Source: a virus (Duplodnaviria > Caudoviricetes). From it: a stretch of 26,491 nucleotides of DNA. The stretch spans positions 1 through 26,491 of IMG/VR virus record IMGVR_UViG_3300023105_000150; one strand, given 5' to 3'. The translations under genes and the position numbers were made by a program. Of this stretch, positions 24,801 through 26,491 are shown piece by piece. Each line of letters begins with the position of its first letter. Position 1 is the stretch's first letter. The notes beneath the pieces were generated by a model that made no database searches, was not told the DNA's origin, and worked only from the letters and a program-made list of their open reading frames with translations.

Positions 24801-26491
24801 GCACCTTGATTAACAATTAATCCTGCAAAACTGTCCGTTTCAGTAGTGCTAACATTTAGTGTTGTACTACCTGTTGTAAAGTCTACTAAGAAATTATCAC
24901 CAACTCTAAAGTCTCCAAGGTGGTTTGTTGATTGATATCTTATTATTCCGTTATTAGTTTCTACAACTTCGTTTGCTTGTATGTAATTAAAGTTATCATT
25001 GTCATAAAGTTTACCTGAACCAATGTAACCAAAATTATGCATAATTAGATACATTAAACAATCGTTGCCGTCTGCTACTGCACCATAATTTCCATATACG
25101 TTTGCTGAACCAATTGAACGGACTTCTGCTCCAAATAATACTGTTGACCCGTCTGTACTTAGATGCCCTGTTGCTCCATTTTTTGCATACAAACCTCTGT
25201 TAGCAAAATATGTAAAACTGTTTAACCATTCTACTTTTACACCGTTAGTCATTGTAAGTGCATCTACACCTGGTGTAATAAATGTTACACTGTGAAACAA
25301 CATACTAGCATCATTACTGTTACTTAAAACATCAGCACCGTCTACTAGTGCGCCTTTACCTGCATCTCCACTTGCAAAGCCTCTTGGATCGTCTGCTGTA
25401 GTTGTGCTACCTTGTGTGATAACTGACACGTTTTGTACGTATGGGGAGCGTGTTGTTACTATAGTATTAGGAGCAAAACGAAAAGCGTAACCTTTATCAT
25501 TTACACTATCGTAAAAAAATTCTTTAATAGTTAAATCACTAACTGTACTTTCGCCATTTAATAAAAATACATCTTCACTTTGTGAGCTAGTATCAGGACG
25601 TATAATTACGTTTCTTAGATCCATTCCCATAACACTAACATTGCTAGGAACTTCTAACGGCAACTGTTCTTGATAATCTCCTGGATATACTCTTATTTGT
25701 ACAGGTCCACCGGTACTTGGATCACACTGTGCTAAAGCATGTCTAATTGTCTTAAACGGATCTTGTGGATGATCACCTGTGTTAGTGTCGTCACCGTTAA
25801 CACTTACATAAAATATGTTTCCAGCTCTGTGTTCAAGATTTGTTCCCGCAACAGATATTGCGTCAGTAAAAACTCGTTCACCGTTTACTAATTCTGTTGA
25901 AAGGTATTGCCATCTTTTGTTTAGTTTACCTAAGTCGTATCGCCAATGTTGATCAGGAACAATGTTGCTTTCAATGTCTGCATTAAAAGTTACAGTGTCA
26001 ACGCTACTATCATCACCAAATGTTATCATGCCTTCAAACGTAATGTCGCCTGTAGCATGTAAGTTTCCTCTTACATTTAATGACCTATCACCTGTTGAAT
26101 CTGCTGCACCAATAATTACTCTACCAGTACCATTTGTATTTAATTCTACATTTGCGTTAGAATTTTTAGTGCTAATATAGTTGTCACTGATATAAAATTG
26201 TTCAGTTTCTAGTGTAGGAACATTAATAAGTTCTTGTGCGTCTAAATTTATATCGCCAAAAGAAACATTAATGTTATTATTGTTTATAGAAAGGTTGCCA
26301 GGGTTAGCTTCGTTAGATAAGAGATCTGTTACACGAGTAGTTCCAACTGTTTGAATATCAACTTCAGTAACAGTATCTGTGTTAATACCAATTCTATTAT
26401 TAGCTGCATCAAAATAAAGAAGTGATGATTTATCTAAAGTATCTCTAAACTTTAGATCAATACCATTTCTTTCTAAATTTGCGGTTAATAA
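21857..26491 (-). CDS. Long tail-fibre-like structural protein, 5'-truncated (>1544 aa); paralogue of 16971..21701. The ORF-track start at 26029 is internal
   Basis: The frame stays open 154 codons upstream of 26029 to the window edge, reading LLTANLERNGIDLKF...LLYFDAANNRIGINT. This aligns with LLKSNLIRNGIDLAF..LLYLDVNNQRVGVKT near the start of the 1576-aa protein. Confidence 0.85.
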   Translation of the reverse strand, partial: LLTANLERNGIDLKFRDTLDKSSLLYFDAANNRIGINTDTVTEVDIQTVGTTRVTDLLSNEANPGNLSINNNNINVSFGDINLDAQELINVPTLETEQFYISDNYISTKNSNANVELNTNGTGRVIIGAADSTGDRSLNVRGNLHATGDITFEGMITFGDDSSVDTVTFNADIESNIVPDQHWRYDLGKLNKRWQYLSTELVNGERVFTDAISVAGTNLEHRAGNIFYVSVNGDDTNTGDHPQDPFKTIRHALAQCDPSTGGPVQIRVYPGDYQEQLPLEVPSNVSVMGMDLRNVIIRPDTSSQSEDVFLLNGESTVSDLTIKEFFYDSVNDKGYAFRFAPNTIVTTRSPYVQNVSVITQGSTTTADDPRGFASGDAGKGALVDGADVLSNSNDASMLFHSVTFITPGVDALTMTNGVKVEWLNSFTYFANRGLYAKNGATGHLSTDGSTVLFGAEVRSIGSANVYGNYGAVADGNDCLMYLIMHNFGYIGSGKLYDNDNFNYIQANEVVETNNGIIRYQSTNHLGDFRVGDNFLVDFTTGSTTLNVSTTETDSFAGLIVNQGANRTIVNGLGIEVGNFNIRDNTIESVIGDIDIDAATNTTNITANTLADGNLAINGSFSYGGDLEIGDTPVDTIDFNVEFTQDLNPNQTEVYSLGLVDKVWTTAHLGGANFGDIEINDNYITTDVSNANLELRASGTGTVSIPSNDVTAQQDFTVGNNINLQNLTVYGTLSLIGDNEAQQFRIDSYERFWRDSSPINNTRRRQFRINEVTPGAWQFALGYTNPNPTPTYAIGDYIAIEDQATPETYLAILQITSLDSVNIVNSRASNVIWNVDIIEGNFNSLVDRIYYNIYISEINQFTDDLNLEGDFIVGQNLDVALDGIFETISIKGNVITTDPTNENLELRANGVGNVRVTDADTVIENNFTVNGTMYSSDMNVTTEVEAVTFTNNTIDITTNEIKTVISNADLDLAADRIIDIPNSDVEAGQDFAVNGLTTILNTNITGTHTHVGNTQNTGNITHTGDFTTSQFTLDRNVQLENIEITGNLLHTTISNSDLDFRASGTGRVVVEEDIHVTQNVDIGTLTANTINISGDVDLNEIIIDGTVEFDDNFIQTTDSNADLELRASGTGIVSIPSNDVVFNNALTVNGNTDIDNISVTGVLLHTGNIIQTGNVAVNGNFTLDGQITLDRGIDLEEIQIDNNVITTTSSNANLELRAAGTGVVRLEDVQVNNNIDVGSLNDVQSITVQNTVLLDTIELSTDVQLFDNVIATTNSNSNLELRANGTGEKLFQNNLFFVDNKIGTHQGILTFDLETESTTLTSTNAMVLPNGTTAERPSTLAGLRFNTDTNLFEIKGSVDYINVGGVYSADGLTGISVTNSDDIQIFVNGYTQDSTNKVAEITTNNVQLHGLQVDDILFDGNEIRTNVSNSNLDIVTNGTGSITIDNFTIKGNEISLPVNTNFEFKTSGDSFRWVTFEGDKAIKWPAGPESQRPVNPPLGMTRVNTDTGELETWVGDQWRTSAGEFASISEDDMEEEAFIQTLIYG

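Noticed and set aside
26027-26029. ATG at 26029 as the true start of the last gene
   Set aside because: The frame continues to the window edge and the extension is homologous to the N-terminus of the 1576-aa paralogue.
156-26180. All plus-strand ORFs (63-178 aa) and short alternative-frame minus ORFs in the track
   Set aside because: They lie wholly inside or across long minus-strand genes. Their Val/Ser/Leu/Pro-rich sequences are the expected antisense shadow of T/N/G/D-rich genes, with no RBS or family motifs.
1-26491. tRNA, rRNA, CRISPR array, intrinsic terminators, stop-codon reassignment
   Set aside because: Nearly all sequence is coding under the standard code, and no cloverleaf, repeat-spacer array or GC hairpin followed by a U-tract is seen in the gaps.

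Overview
The window is a single minus-strand, AT-rich, densely packed block of virion structural genes from a large tailed dsDNA phage. It is probably a T4-like or jumbo aquatic myovirus, since (T/G)ATAAATA late-promoter-like motifs sit in three intergenic gaps. In transcription order it holds: two paralogous long fibre proteins (>1544 aa, 5'-truncated, and 1576 aa); two small proteins; a 1833-aa modular protein (7 CBM5/12-like repeats, beta-helix, BNR propeller); a paralogue of it split into 656-aa and 2034-aa ORFs; two more small proteins; and two (probably three) Gly/His-rich paralogues. Four observations stand out. (1) The split paralogue carries six ~150-160-aa helical repeats resembling the phycobiliprotein globin-like core, with an invariant KCx(R/Q)D motif matching the Cys84 bilin-attachment site, so this is a candidate bilin-binding virion protein. 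(2) The gene break falls inside one of these domains. (3) A compact, multi-stem, possibly pseudoknotted RNA leader lies between a late promoter and the 1576-aa gene. (4) The fibre shaft has an exact 471-nt periodicity, with a 120-aa module inserted into one unit of the paralogue. No searches were run; family assignments rest on motif recognition and recalled sequences.
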